From assembly GCF_001194135.2 (NCBI RefSeq), contig NC_068982.1, positions 37,469,357 to 37,533,356 of the forward strand: 64,000 bases of DNA, written 5' to 3'. Position numbers and translations under genes: made by a program. The notes beneath the pieces are model-generated. The model had not been told where the DNA came from. It did not search any database and worked only from the letters and a program-made list of their open reading frames with translations. Source of the DNA: Octopus bimaculoides. Lineage: Eukaryota. Shown one piece after another: positions 1 through 11,632 of this stretch. The stretch's first letter is position 1. The number at the start of each line of letters is the position of its first letter.

Positions 1-90
1 AAAACGATGGGATGGTCAAGCTTAGCACACTTTAGATCAGAAATCTACTTGAGTAAAGTTGTGGGACTAAATTATCAGTAAATGATTTAA

Positions 91-315
91 CCCTTTAGCA
101 CTTAAAATAGAACCAGCCATATCCAGCCCAAATATTCTACCTGTTTTATGTTCAAACTGTCAAAATCTGGCCTCTCACATCTATGATACATGTCATTCAA
201 AAAATACTCAATCACATCATTGAAATCTGAAAGTTACAAGATAATGCATGATAAATTCAGAACAATGAAAATTAATAAGTATTAAATTTGACAGAGTAAT
301 CTGAATGCTAAAGGG
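91..315. mobile_element. piggyBac-like MITE, complete
   Basis: TIRs CCCTTTAGCA...TGCTAAAGGG flanked on both sides by TTAA (87-90, 316-319); related copies at 19055 and 32055. Confidence 0.85.
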
Positions 316-420
316 TTAAAATATTTCTATTTTTAATTGCTAATATTGTATCTGAAGGGAGAATTTTACTTTTGATTGGCAATTTGATTTTGATTTTTAT
401 AAACTATTTTAATAGTCAAT

Positions 421-1078
421 GTGAATACCCGTCAGAGTGTAAGTATCTTGAGAGAAAAGCTGAACATTAGAAGCATCAGTTGTGGTGTGCAAGAGAGACG
501 ATTGCGCTGGTATGGACATGTGGTGAGAATGGATGAGGATAGCTGCGTGAAAAAGTGCCACACCCTAACAGTTGAGGGAACCCGTGGAAGAGGTAGGCCC
601 AGGAAGACCTGGGCTGAGGTGGTGAGGCAAGACCTTCGTACATTGGGCCTCACCGAGGCGATGACTACTGACCGAGACCTTTGGAAATGTGCTGTGCGTG
701 NNNNNNNNNNNNNNNNNNNNNNNNNNNNNNNNNNNNNNNNNNNNNNNNNNNNNNNNNNNNNNNNNNNNNNNNNNNNNNNNNNNNNNNNNNNNNNNNNNNN
801 NNNNNNNNNNNNNNNNNNNNNNNNNNNNNNNNNNNNNNNNNNNNNNNNNNNNNNNNNNNNNNNNNNNNNNNNNNNNNNNTTTAGTGCGGGTGACACGTAA
901 AAGCACCCATTACACTCTCTGAGTGGTTGGCGTTAGGAAGGGCATCCAGCTGTAGAAACTCTGCCAAATTAGATTGGAGCCTGGTGTTGCCATCCGGTTT
1001 CACCAGTCCTCAGTCAAATCGTCCAACCCATGCTAGCATGGAAAGCGGACGTTAAACGATGATGATGATGATGATGAT
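421..1078 (+). mobile_element. RTE-clade LINE, 3' fragment with (GAT)n tail, split by an N gap
   Basis: Translation RRLRWYGHVVRMDEDSCVKKC...GRGRPRKTW is the RTE ORF C-terminus; 3' tail ends GGACGTTAAAC(GAT)n; near-identical to 5230-6093. Confidence 0.9.
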
Positions 1079-1766
1079 CTTTTCTAAAAATGAAAGAAAA
1101 AAAAAAAAAACGCAGCGAACCAAAAGATCACATATGACTCAGAGACATGTTTGTGTGTCTATTGATATGGGCATGGCTTTAAACTGCATCTGGTAGTGGG
1201 CCCTGATATAGGAGTTCCAGGGTTTTGAGTAGTGTGGAGTTACCACTCAGTCACTCTTGTACCCAAAGTAGTGAGCCAGAGTAGTAGTAGCTGTTAGGGT
1301 CCTAGCAATGGGCTAACTAGCATATGAACCACTGGGAGTGAAAGATCCCTAGTTCTCATCAGAATTTCCTTCTAGGAGAAGGTGAACTTGTATAAAAACC
1401 CTAAGTATAATTGGTTTCTGGTCATTTCAACCTTTAGTGTGTCATTGGTTTAATGGCTGATTGCACTGAAAAGTGAATTCAGTTCTGTGCAACACTCAAA
1501 ACAAATTCGCACATAGGAACTTCTGGGACTTTTGGAACATTTGCAGGGATTTACGAAGTTTAAGAAGGGGGTCTTACTCAGTCATGAGTTGACTTCCACT
1601 ATGTATTGTACATAAAGAGCTGAAATGATAACCAGAAAGCAATCTAGTGCAGCATTGTTAGTGACCAGATCAGTTTCAACAGTCTTTGTGTGTTTCTGGA
1701 TGGCTAATATATCTCCTCCACACTGTAATCTATCGAACATTCTACCAAACTCTGCCAGTTGAATGC

Positions 1767-1769
<3 letters not shown>

Positions 1770-1832
<63 letters not shown>

Positions 1833-1856
1833 TATATATATACATATATGTATATA
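1770..1856. repeat. (TA)n/(CA)n microsatellite
   Basis: Dinucleotide run seen directly; similar runs at about 19270, 19745, 24690, 33705, 33880 and elsewhere. Confidence 0.95.
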
Positions 1857-2368
1857 CAGAGCTGTGTGTAAGTCCGTTAATCTGTTAATTGTGAATTAAT
1901 GAAGTTATAGGAAAGTGGGTTATACATCATTAGATGTACACCACTTTCCTATATAAAATTAGAATATAATGGAACGCTGAACTCCAGACTATCAACTTAA
2001 ACAACATTTATTCAGGTGGTAAATATATACATCTTTAGCTCTTGTTTGTTGTTACAGCTTCTGTGTGTGTGAGCATTGTTGTTGGGACGTTGGTATGTAG
2101 ATGTAAGCGAGCTGTCGAGCGTAAGTTCGAAAGATGAAGAGAGACAGCTAAACACGTCCATGCTCAATCGCTGGCCAGCAAGAAAGAGACAGAATGAAGC
2201 GGGAAAGCTTGCTTGTTGAATTCCACGCATGCGTGAGACTACGCATGCGCACAGCGTTACTACAAAGTTATCATTTTCGTTAACAATTTAACTTTTAAGT
2301 TAACTTTGAAAATCATTATGAGACTAATTAGCTTCTGTTAACTCAAGTTCATTAACCCAAAACTCATC

Positions 2369-2578
2369 TACTGCAGCCCCTTGGTCAATGCAGTTTTGGC
2401 AGGCATCGACAAAAGATTTGCGACCCTCCTGGATGATGAGGAATGCCAACTGGCTGCTGCCTTCCACCCCAGGTTTCACCTCATTTGGTTGGATAGGTAT
2501 AATAGCACCAAGTTCACCAGGGTGAGGAGAAGCATGAGGGATAAGGTTGAGGAGGCCATGAACTCTAAGCAAAAATAA
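2369..2578 (+). mobile_element. hAT-type transposase relic (C-terminal half fragment)
   Basis: PLVNAVLAGIDKRF...CQLAAAFHPRF resembles the hAT 'AAxLdPRFK' region; no start or complete ORF. Confidence 0.55.
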
Positions 2579-2779
2579 TATACAGTTTTGGGTTCTAAAG
2601 CCCTCAAAAAGGCTTAAAAAGCTGATTTTATAGTTTGGGCACTTTTTAACCCTTTAGTGTTTAAACCAGCCAAAACCTGTTGTATCTAATTCCTCTACAA
2701 AATCTTCTGAAAAAATAAACAAATTATGGTAGTGAATTCTCGCAGCTTTGAGATTATGAGGGCTTTTCTTCCAAAAAGC

Positions 2780-3152
2780 ACAGAACTAGAAGAAAAGCAG
2801 AGCATGAACACACAGAACAACCATTGGCTTGCTGTGTCTCCAAAACATGTACCAGGAGTGATAAAAATCAAACATCCAGTCAACATCATGGTGTTTGGAG
2901 TGATCACTAGTGATGATGATGTTATGCTTCCATTCATCTTCCATACAGCCTCAGACTCAACACAGAGAGGCCTACATCAAGTGTCTGGAGGAGGTAGTGC
3001 TGCCCTCGGTCAAGTGGGTGGCTGCTGGAAGACCCTATGTCTGGCAACAGGGCTCTGTACCATACCACACAAGCAGGAGAATCCAGTCATGGCTGTCAGA
3101 CAATTTCTGCGATTACATCACCCCTAACATCTGGCCACCTAACTCCTTTTGA
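2780..3152 (+). mobile_element. Tc1/mariner-superfamily transposase relic, maT (DD37D)-like, frameshifted
   Basis: KHPVNIMVFGVITSD in one frame, then YIKCLEEVVLP...WQQGSVPYHTSRRIQSWLSDNFCDYITPNIWPPNS in another. The second catalytic D reads as G and the element breaks before the third D, so the DD37D spacing is inferred. Confidence 0.7.
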
Positions 3153-3374
3153 CTCTACACAAATCTTGATTTATTTATTTTCTCATTTATTTTATGTAGA
3201 AAAGTATAATTAATCAAATTAATTTCAATATGTTATAAATATCTATTTTATTGATCTGTAAGCTATTTGAATTCAGAATAATTGAACCAATTATAATTCA
3301 TCTGACATGACCTTATATTTTCTTTGTTATTTTGGCAACTCTAAGATTATTTCAAATTGAATGATATGTAATAA

Positions 3375-3575
3375 TGGTTTCGAATTTTAGCACAAAGCCA
3401 GCAGTTTTAGGGAAGGGTGTTAAGTTGATTACATCAATCCCAGTGCTCAACTGGTACTTATTTTACCAACATTAAAATGATGACATGCAAAATCAACCTC
3501 AGCAGAATTTGAACATAGAATGTAATGCTCAGCAGCATTTTGTGTGCTCATGATTCTGCCAGTTTGCCACCTTAG
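3375..3575 (-). mobile_element. tRNA-derived SINE, family B
   Basis: Reverse complement aligns to the + copy at 44476-44690 (AAGG..GC.AGCTGGCAGAATC...AATAAGTACCAGTTGA...AATT.GAAACCA). Confidence 0.7.
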
Positions 3576-3686
3576 AATGGTATGCAATAATATAACATAA
3601 TGAGGTTTAGTTTTGAATATTTTAGAGCAATGTTTTCCAAAGTGTGCTCTGCATTAAAAGAAGAAAAAAAACATTCTCAGGGAGCT

Positions 3687-3850
3687 GCAGGAGTGCCTGT
3701 GTGGTAAGAAGTTTGCTTCCCAACCACATGGTCCGGGTTCAGTCCAACTGCATGGCACCTTGAGCAAGTGTCTTCTACTATAGCCTAGGATTGACCAAAG
3801 CACTGTGAGTGGATTTGGTAGACGTAAACTAAAAGAAGCCTGTCATATAT
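3687..3850 (+). mobile_element. tRNA-derived SINE, family A, 5' head (tail resumes at 6094-6318)
   Basis: GCAGGAGTGCCTGTGTGGTAAGAAG...GGTTCAGTCC A/B-box-like head ending AAGAAGCC + (AT)n; same head at 19110, 20920, 33546. Confidence 0.85.
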
Positions 3851-3854
3851 ATAT

Positions 3855-6093
3855 TTTGCAGGGAACACTGATGGGGTTGGGGGCGTAGGAATACTTCTAG
3901 AAGAGAAATGGGTTGATAAGGTAATCGAGGTAGTCAGAGTATGTGACAGAGTACTTAAGATTAGACTAGTGCTTCATCATAGGTTAGCTACCGTCATCTT
4001 AGCCTATGCCCCTCAACCGGGGCTACTGGATGGGCTGAAAGACCAATTCTATGACACCCTCTTGCAAACTACCTCGTCAGCGAGTGACAGGGACCTTCTC
4101 TTTGTGGCTGGTGACTTCAATGGTCATGTCGGACCTCATGCTGGAGGCTTCCATGGCACACATGGAGGCTTCCATGGCATACATGGAGGCTATGGCTTCG
4201 GTTCCCGCAATGAGGAGGGGACCAGACTGCTGGAGTTCTGTGATGCAACCGATCTTATGGTTTGCAATACCAACTTCAGGTAATCTGCCTGTCACCTAGT
4301 TACCTACCGATCCGGCAGACACTCTAGCCAAATCGACTACATCCTCGCCAGAAATAGAGAAAGAGGGCGGCTTATAAATGCCAAAACCTTCCCTGGCGAA
4401 GAATGTACCCCTCAACACAGATTAGTNNNNNNNNNNNNNNNNNNNNNNNNNNNNNNNNNNNNNNNNNNNNNNNNNNNNNNNNNNNNNNNNNNNNNNNNNN
4501 NNNNNNNNNNNNNNNNNNNNNNNNNNNNNNNNNNNNNNNNNNNNNNNNNNNNNNNNNNNNNNNNNNNNNNNNNNNNNNNNNNNNNNNNNNNNNNNNNNNN
4601 NNNNNNNNNNNNNNNNNNNNNNNNNNNNNNNNNNNNNNNNNNNNNNNNNNNNNNNGTGGAAGCTTAAAGACCCTGCAAATGGACGGAGATTTAGAGACAT
4701 GTAGATAAAACACAAACCCCTTCAGGTAGATGGCCCTGCTCAATATGTAGAAAAGGTGTAGGTAGTAACTCTATAAGATGTACCCAGTGCAAGCTATGGA
4801 CACATAAGAGGTGCAGCAATATTAAAGGCAGGTTAACTAGGAAGTTAGTTTTTGTATGTGGCAGATGTTCAGGTGCAATAAACACTGTAAACAAACAGGA
4901 AACAACTTCTGTCTCATTCCAGGGAGAAAAACTAGAGGTAGTTGATAGCTTCCGCTATCTGGGTGACCAAGTTAGTAGTGGGGGTGGGTGCGCTGAAAGT
5001 GTAGCTGCTAGAATAAGAATAGCCTGGGCAAAGTTCAGAGTGCTCTCACTTCCGCTGGCGACAAAGGGATTCTCATTCAGAGTAAAAAGCAGACTGTATG
5101 ACGCATGTGTACGAGCAGCCATACTACATGGCAGTGAAACATGGGCTGTGACTGCTGAGGACATGCGTAAGCTCGCAAGGAATGAAGCCAGTATGCTCCG
5201 ATGGATGAGTAATGTCAGTATGCATAACCGACAGTGTGTAAGTATCTTGAGAGAAAAGTTGAACATAAGAAGCATCAGTTGTGGTGTGCAAGAGAGACGA
5301 TTGCGCTGGTATGGACATGTGGCGAGAATGGACAAGGATAGCTGCGTGAAAAAGTGCCACACCCTAACAGTTGAGGGAACCCGTGGAAGAGGTAGGCCCA
5401 GGAAGACCTGGGCTGAGGTGGTGAGGCAAGACCTTCGAACATTGGGCCTCACTGAGGCGATGACTTCTGACCGAGACCTTTGGAAATATGCTGTGCGTGA
5501 GAAGACCCGGCAAGCCAAGTGAGACCTAAATCCAAGGTTTCTGCCAGGGGTGTTGCCAGCCCACTTATGCGTAACTTTCCTTCATTGGACACTAAACTCC
5601 GCTGGCGAAGACCTGTTGAGGCAAGTGAAATCGAAACCGAACTAAATTCGACGACTGGCACCCATGCCAATGTCATCTCCTTCATTGGACACAAAACTCA
5701 GCTTGCGAAGACTTATTGGGGAAAGCAAAAGCGAAATCGGGATGGCACCTTTGCCCAGCGTCGCCTTTCTGGCACTTGTGCCATGGCATGTGTAAGGACT
5801 TTCGAGTGAGATCGTTGCCAGTGCCCTTGGACTGGCTCTTGTGCGGGTGGCACATAAAATACACCATTTTGAGCGTGGCCGTTGCCAGTACCACCTGACT
5901 GGCCTTTGTGCCGGTGGCACGTAAAAGCACCCACTACACTCTCAGAGTGGTTGGTGTTAGGAAGGGCATCCAGCTGTAGAAACTCTGCCAAATCAGATTG
6001 GAGCCTGGTGTATCCATCTGGTTTCACCAGTCCTCAGTCAAATCGTCCAACCCATGCTAGCATGGAAAGCGGACGTTAAACAATGATGATGAT
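3855..6093 (+). mobile_element. RTE LINE: AP endonuclease (3860-4426), post-RT region with C4HC3 finger and ORF end (about 4709-5522), 3' UTR and (GAT)n tail
   Basis: Endonuclease motifs AYAPQ, GDFNGHVG, SQIDY with one in-frame stop; downstream open frame DSFRYLG...LHGSETW...RRLRWYGHV. The RT core is absent or lies in the 229-N gap. Confidence 0.92.
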
Positions 6094-6318
6094 ATATGAA
6101 TGCATTTGTGTGTCAGTGTTTGTCTCCCCACCATCACTTGACAACTGATGTTGGTGTGTTTACCTCCCTGTAACTTAGCAGTTTGGCAAAATAAACCAAT
6201 AGAATAAGTATTAGGCTTACAAAGAATAAGTCCTGGGGTCAATTTGTTTGACTAAAGGCAGTGCTCCAGCATCGCTGCAGTCAAATGACTGAAACAAGTA
6301 TAAGAATAAGAATAAAAA
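6094..6318 (+). mobile_element. SINE family A 3' body/tail
   Basis: CTTGACAAC.GATGTTGGTG...GCTTACAAAGAATAAGTCCTG...GGCAGTGCTCCAGCAT.GC.GCAGTCAAATGACT + AATAAG repeats; matches 19830-20024. Confidence 0.8.
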
Positions 6319-7064
6319 AGTTATGAATTAGCTATTTTTTAATAAAATTTCAGAATTCTTTCTAAAACAAAAATGGAATATGCAATTTTCAAAATAGTAA
6401 GTTATTTTTTACATTTTTTTGTTGGTTTTGTTTGTTTTTTTCCTGTTAATAAATTCTTTCTCTGAAATAATTTTGGTTTCATTAAGGTGGCAGAGGTGTT
6501 TTGTAAGCATAGGTTTCATGACTTTGGGAAAATCATATCAGTTTCTGCAACAAAATAAATTTGAGAACCATTGCTTTGGAGTGCTACTATCACTTTCTAG
6601 GTTCACAGTTTTAAATGTTGTTGCAGATCTTTTACTATTATGTTAAATATATAAAATTTATATTTCTCAATTTGCCTCCATGTATCACACTGAAAAAACA
6701 ATTACCCCTGATTAGAGCTAGCAAAATAGAACACTTTATCCAAGACATAAATATACAAATGTGAATGCTGTCTTCAGTCTCTGCAACCTGGATGCAAGAG
6801 TCCAATGGCTTTACCAAAATTAGAAACATAGAGACAAAGTACTGAAGTTTAGTATCGTAGGGATTTTACTGTTTGCTAAACAAATAAACTTCATACGTTT
6901 TCAAATGAAAGGATTCAGTACATTTCGTCCCCTAAAGCATTATTGAGTCAATCAATGAGGAAGTCCAAACTTATTGCCCAGTTTCGCAAGCATTCCTCAA
7001 GACATTAAAGGAATTGTAATATCAAAGAGGAATAATCAAAACCAGCCCTTGTTCTCTTTACATT

Positions 7065-7130
7065 CTCACCTCTTATTCTAAATTCGCTGATGCATTATGG
7101 GATTCAATCGGGGAAGGTGACCGCCATAAC
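7065..7130. promoter_or_regulatory. Putative promoter of the THAP module: Staf/ZNF143-like site and YY1-like site
   Basis: TGCATTATGGGA at 7091-7102 (reverse TCCCATAATGCA, Staf-type core) and CCGCCATAAC at 7121-7130, 100-140 bp upstream of the ATG. Motif resemblance only. Confidence 0.4.
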
Positions 7131-7231
7131 TGTTTACACCTAAGTTCCATCAGTCCCCATGAAAACATTTCAATACATGAAAATTAAAAAAAAAAAGGTG
7201 GGAGACGTTTAAAAATCAATTAATAGCAATA

Positions 7232-7726
7232 ATGCCACATGTTAATTGTTGTATCCCTTTCTGTTCTGCCGACTCTAAAAGACATGCAAGAATTCGTTTC
7301 TATAGTCTCCCTAAGGAAGAAACCCGTCGTGCTACTTGGGTTGCACTCATAAGAAACAGTAACTTACGTATCGATTCTAAGTACACAAGTGTTTGTAGTC
7401 TACATTTTCCCAATGGCAAAAAAACCCACGACAAAAAAGACCCTTCTTTTTTTCCTTGGTCACAGGAATGGCCTGTAATTATCAACAATTACAACATGAT
7501 GCGAACCCAGTTGGGACTGGATAACATGTCGCCAGAACAACAACGTAAGAACCGGCCGATGACGCTAAGAATTCCTCCCATTTGTCCCTGGGCTAATAAA
7601 TATATTAATGTGACATCGCAAAAAAGTTTGAATGAGTTGTTTTCTCCGAAGATTTTGCAATGTGACATCGACTTCGAAGATATCACTAAGGTCTCGACTA
7701 ATCGGGATTTTCTCAATCAAATCGAA
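7232..7726 (+). CDS. THAP zinc-finger domain protein, coding exon 1 (165 codons, phase-0 donor)
   Basis: N-terminal THAP signature: CCIPFC, FYSLP, conserved W, VCSLHF, C-terminal DPSFF box. Donor GAA|GTGAGT at 7726/7727; the listed ORF runs on into the intron. Confidence 0.88.
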
Positions 7727-8462
7727 GTGAGTTCATCCAATTTTTATCTCATTTAATTTTCTTCAGGCTATTATTTATATACTACGGTCACTTGACACAC
7801 GTGTATGTATGTGTGTCGTTTATATTCTATTTATTTTCATATATAAAAATCATTGTTTCGCGTGTCTTGTTTCCCCAAATGAAACAAGAAGTGATTCCTT
7901 TAGTAAACTTCAACATGCATCAGTTTTGGAAACACCTGCGAATTTATTAATTCATTTATTTTTCCATAACTAAAAACTTACGTATCGTTTTTTCTTTTCC
8001 TTTTCTTGAAAGTTTATTCTTGACGAAATATTCAACTTTTGCACAGACTGTATACAGTATATTTAATTAACACTTGCTAAATGTTGACAATTTAACCACC
8101 AGTTTTTAGTCCTTCGAACTGTAGTAGCCAATGTAATCATAATTTTATTATTATTTGTTTTGTTAATATTATACCCAATATTTTAGAAATATCTCTTTAT
8201 TAAAATATGACAGTTAATCAATACAAACGTAAAATTTACAATACTGAAACATACAATATCGCCTCCTCGCTTCTCTCTGCTCGACCCCTTCTCGACTTCT
8301 CTCTCTCTCTCTCTCCTTTTCTTTGACATTCTTTCAGCTGGTTTTATTTATTGAATGTTAGTATAAAGCTAGCAAAATATTTCATAAAATGTTGATTGCA
8401 TTTTCTTATTTCGGTTTCATAAACTAAACCAAGTAGGTTGTAGTAGATACATTACCATTATC

Positions 8463-8806
8463 GACATGACTGTGTCGTTAAGTTCGCTTCGCAACCACGT
8501 AGTTGTGAGTTCAGTTCCACGGCGCGTCACCTTGGACATGTTTCTTCTCCTATAGTCCCGAGCCGACTAATTCCTTTTGAGTAAATTTGGTGGATGGAAA
8601 TTGTGTGGGAGCTTGTCGTACACACATATATATATCTGTCTTCACCGCTTGACAACCGGTGCTGGTTTGTTTATGTCCCATAAGTTACCCGTTCGGCATA
8701 AGCGATTGACCAAATAAGTTTCTGACTTAAAAAAAAAAAGTGAGTATTAGGGTTGATTTTTATCGACTAAAACCCTTCAAAGCGGTGCTCCAGCATGGCT
8801 GCAGTC
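8463..8806 (+). mobile_element. SINE family A, near full length
   Basis: Diverged head, central (AT)n and tail with GGTGCTCCAGCATGGCTGCAGTCA. Confidence 0.75.
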
Positions 8807-8818
8807 ACCTGATAAACA

Positions 8819-8855
<37 letters not shown>

Positions 8856-9637
8856 CACACACACAATGTTAAGTATTTAGGAGAGAATCATGTACTTAAA
8901 TGATAGGCTCCAAGTTGGGTCAAATTAACTTGTAATCACCACCTTTAGTCGAATAAATATACTAGGTACTGAAGTACATCCAGCGAAATATTCAGGTTAT
9001 GCATACAGAGAATTTAACCCTTACGAGTATGTAACGCCTAGGGGCTGGTCCAAAGCGCACATTGTATTGGTCGTATGGTGTTTGGTATACTCCAGGATGT
9101 CCGATGGGTCAGGAATCACTTTTGGTGTATTATAAGCAAATAAATAAAGAACAAACTATGGATAAATGTCAATTCATTACAGCTGTTTCTAATGCATTTT
9201 TTAATAGCAAAAAAACATTTTTATCAGATGATACATAGCATTTCAAACGATAGAAGAACAATCCATGAACACAGTGGGAATGCAACTTGACTCCAATCCA
9301 AAGATACATATACAATTAATTGTACTTGATCTTTAGGTTTTGATAATGAACCAGACTACTTGATTCCAATTTACTTCCAGTCACCTCTCCTCTGTCTGTC
9401 GTCAAGATTGTACAATCTTTATTCATCTAATTTGTACACATAAAAACCTGTAACATCTCTTTTGAGTACCTTTTATCATATGCTCTTAAATATTTTTCTT
9501 AAATATTAATCTAAATATTGACGATTATGAGATCACTAAAAAGAACTGCATTCTTTTTTTCATTTTACCAAGCAGAAGTTGCAGAGTGGCTCAAGGGCCA
9601 AGGGTTTTGACCATTTGCACTTATCAAACTTATTGGT

Positions 9638-10895
9638 TCATCATCATCATCACCATCGTTTAACGTCCGTTTTCCATGCTGGCATTGGTTGGACGGTTTG
9701 ACTGAGGTCTGGAGAGCCAGTAGCCGCACCAAGCTTCAGTCTGATCTGGCAATGTTTCTACAGCTGGATAACAACTCCAAGAGTGTAGTGGGTGCTTTTT
9801 ACGTGCTACTGGCACAGGAGCCAGTCAGGCAGGCCTGGCTTCGATCACGTTTGGACAGTGCTTTTTATGTGTCACTGGCACAGGGGCCAGTCAGTGGGTA
9901 CTGGCATTGGCCACATTTGGATGGTGCTTTTTATGTGCCACTGGCATGGGTGCCAGTCAGGGGGCACTGGTCACAGCTATGGTATTGGTTTTACTTGACT
10001 CAACAGGTCTTCTCATGCGTATCATATTTCAAGACGCATCAGGGTTACTCTTAACAGGGCTGGACATGTGTGGCTGCGATCTCACTTTAGTTGCCGGGTC
10101 TTCTCAATCACAGTATATCTCCAAAGGTCTCGGTCTCCTGTCATTGCCCCTGTGAGGCCCAGTGTTTGAAGGTCATGCTTCACCACCTTCATGCTTCACT
10201 ACTTCTTCCACATGTTCCTTCCACAGTTAGGGAGTGGCACTTCCTCACGCAGCTGTCTTCATCCATACATAACACATGACCATACCAGCGCATCACATTT
10301 GATGCTTCTTATGTCCAACTTTTCTCTCAGGGTGCTTACACTCTGTCATGTATGCACACTGACATTACACATCCAGCAAATCATACTAGCTTCATTTCTT
10401 TCAAGCCTATGCATGTTCTCAGCAGTCATGGCCCAAGTTTCACTGCCGTGTAGCATGACAGTTCACACACATGTATGATACAGTCTACCTTTCATCCTGA
10501 GCGAGAGGCCCTTAGTTGCCAGCAGAGGTAGGAGCTCCCTGAACTTTGCCCAGGCTAGTATTCTAGCCACTACATTCTCAGAGCAACCACCCCCACTACA
10601 GACTTGGTCACCTAGGTAGTGGAAGTTATTAAGTACTTCTAGTTTCTCCCCCTGGCATGTGATGGAATCTGTTTTCTGTACATCTTCAGTGTTTATTGCC
10701 CCTGTGCATCTGCCACACGCAAAAACTATTTTCCTTTGATATTGCTGCACCTTTTGTCTATAGCTTACACTGGGTACATCGTATGGAATTTCTACCTACG
10801 CCTTTTCTACAGATCGAGCAGGGACATCTACTTGGTTGAGTTTGATAAATACCAATCCACAAAACTCTTGACCCTTGAATCGCTCTGTGACTTCT
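9638..10895 (-). mobile_element. RTE LINE, 5'-truncated, decayed
   Basis: (CAT)n tail at left; reverse frames give FHYLGDQVCSGGGCSE...AWAKFRELLPLLATKG; 3' UTR carries three 66-bp units. Confidence 0.9.
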
Positions 10896-11548
10896 GCCAA
10901 GTAAAATAAAAACAATATATATATGCACTCATGTTTTGAGCTCTATTTTCCTGTTTGTATTACAAAACCTGTAAAAAGAATTGCATAAAGTTTTACCCTA
11001 CATGTCTCTTATATGGAATAATATATTCATTACATCGTTTAGATTTTACTTCTTGCTAAACCTTTTTTTTTTGGTGGGGGTGAGGTGCGGATTCCATTTT
11101 ACAAAGTTAATGATATCTTTGAAATTTGAGGGTAACAACTTGCAGACAGTAGTGAGTAAATAACTACCTTAGCTGGAGTAGTGGTCCATGCAAAAGCCAG
11201 TATAATACATACAAAGGCAATAAATAGTAGGGCTCATTCAGTAATGAGAAAATCTATTCATTATTGTCAGCATCATCATCATTGTTCTACATTTCTGTTT
11301 TATGTTTGAATGGTTTGGATGATTCTTGATTCTTGATCATATGGTATTTTATCTGGGAGGTCTAATATTCTTAGATTGACCCAACTACTTTCCAAGTCTT
11401 TTTTGCTCTACATCTACTGCTAATACTTTTGCTCTACATCTACTGCTAATGCCTCAGTGCATGGCATTTTTTCCTTTAAGTATGCATCATCCATAGAAAT
11501 ATTAATATTTCTAAATCTCTCTAAAGGAGATTACGGCAGCGGTACTGG

Positions 11549-11632
11549 ATATTAATAGTTATTGACAAGCTAACATGGCATTTGTCCTATTTTCCTGGAC
11601 TGCCATGTTAGCTTGGCAGTAACTATTAATAT
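11549..11632. other. 32-bp stem hairpin with 20-nt loop
   Basis: 11549-11580 and 11601-11632 are reverse complements at 30/32 positions. Confidence 0.9.

Larger units (their letters stand above)
3628..6573. mobile_element. Old hAT-type MITE interrupted by a SINE and an RTE LINE
   Basis: Left end CAATGTTTTCCAAA and right end TTTGAGAACCATTG form imperfect TIRs; flanking 8-mers TTTTAGAG and CTTTGGAG match 6/8 (decayed TSD). Confidence 0.5.

Noticed and set aside
3687-3780. tRNA genes at SINE heads (also 19110, 20920, 33546, 39500, 44480)
   Set aside because: A/B-box-like motifs only, no complete cloverleaf, and each continues into a SINE body.
4142-4200. 21-bp in-frame duplication (GGFHGTH/GGFHGIH) in the RTE endonuclease, and other small tandem duplications (about 11402, 20435, 50047)
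   Set aside because: Ordinary slippage in dead or non-coding sequence.
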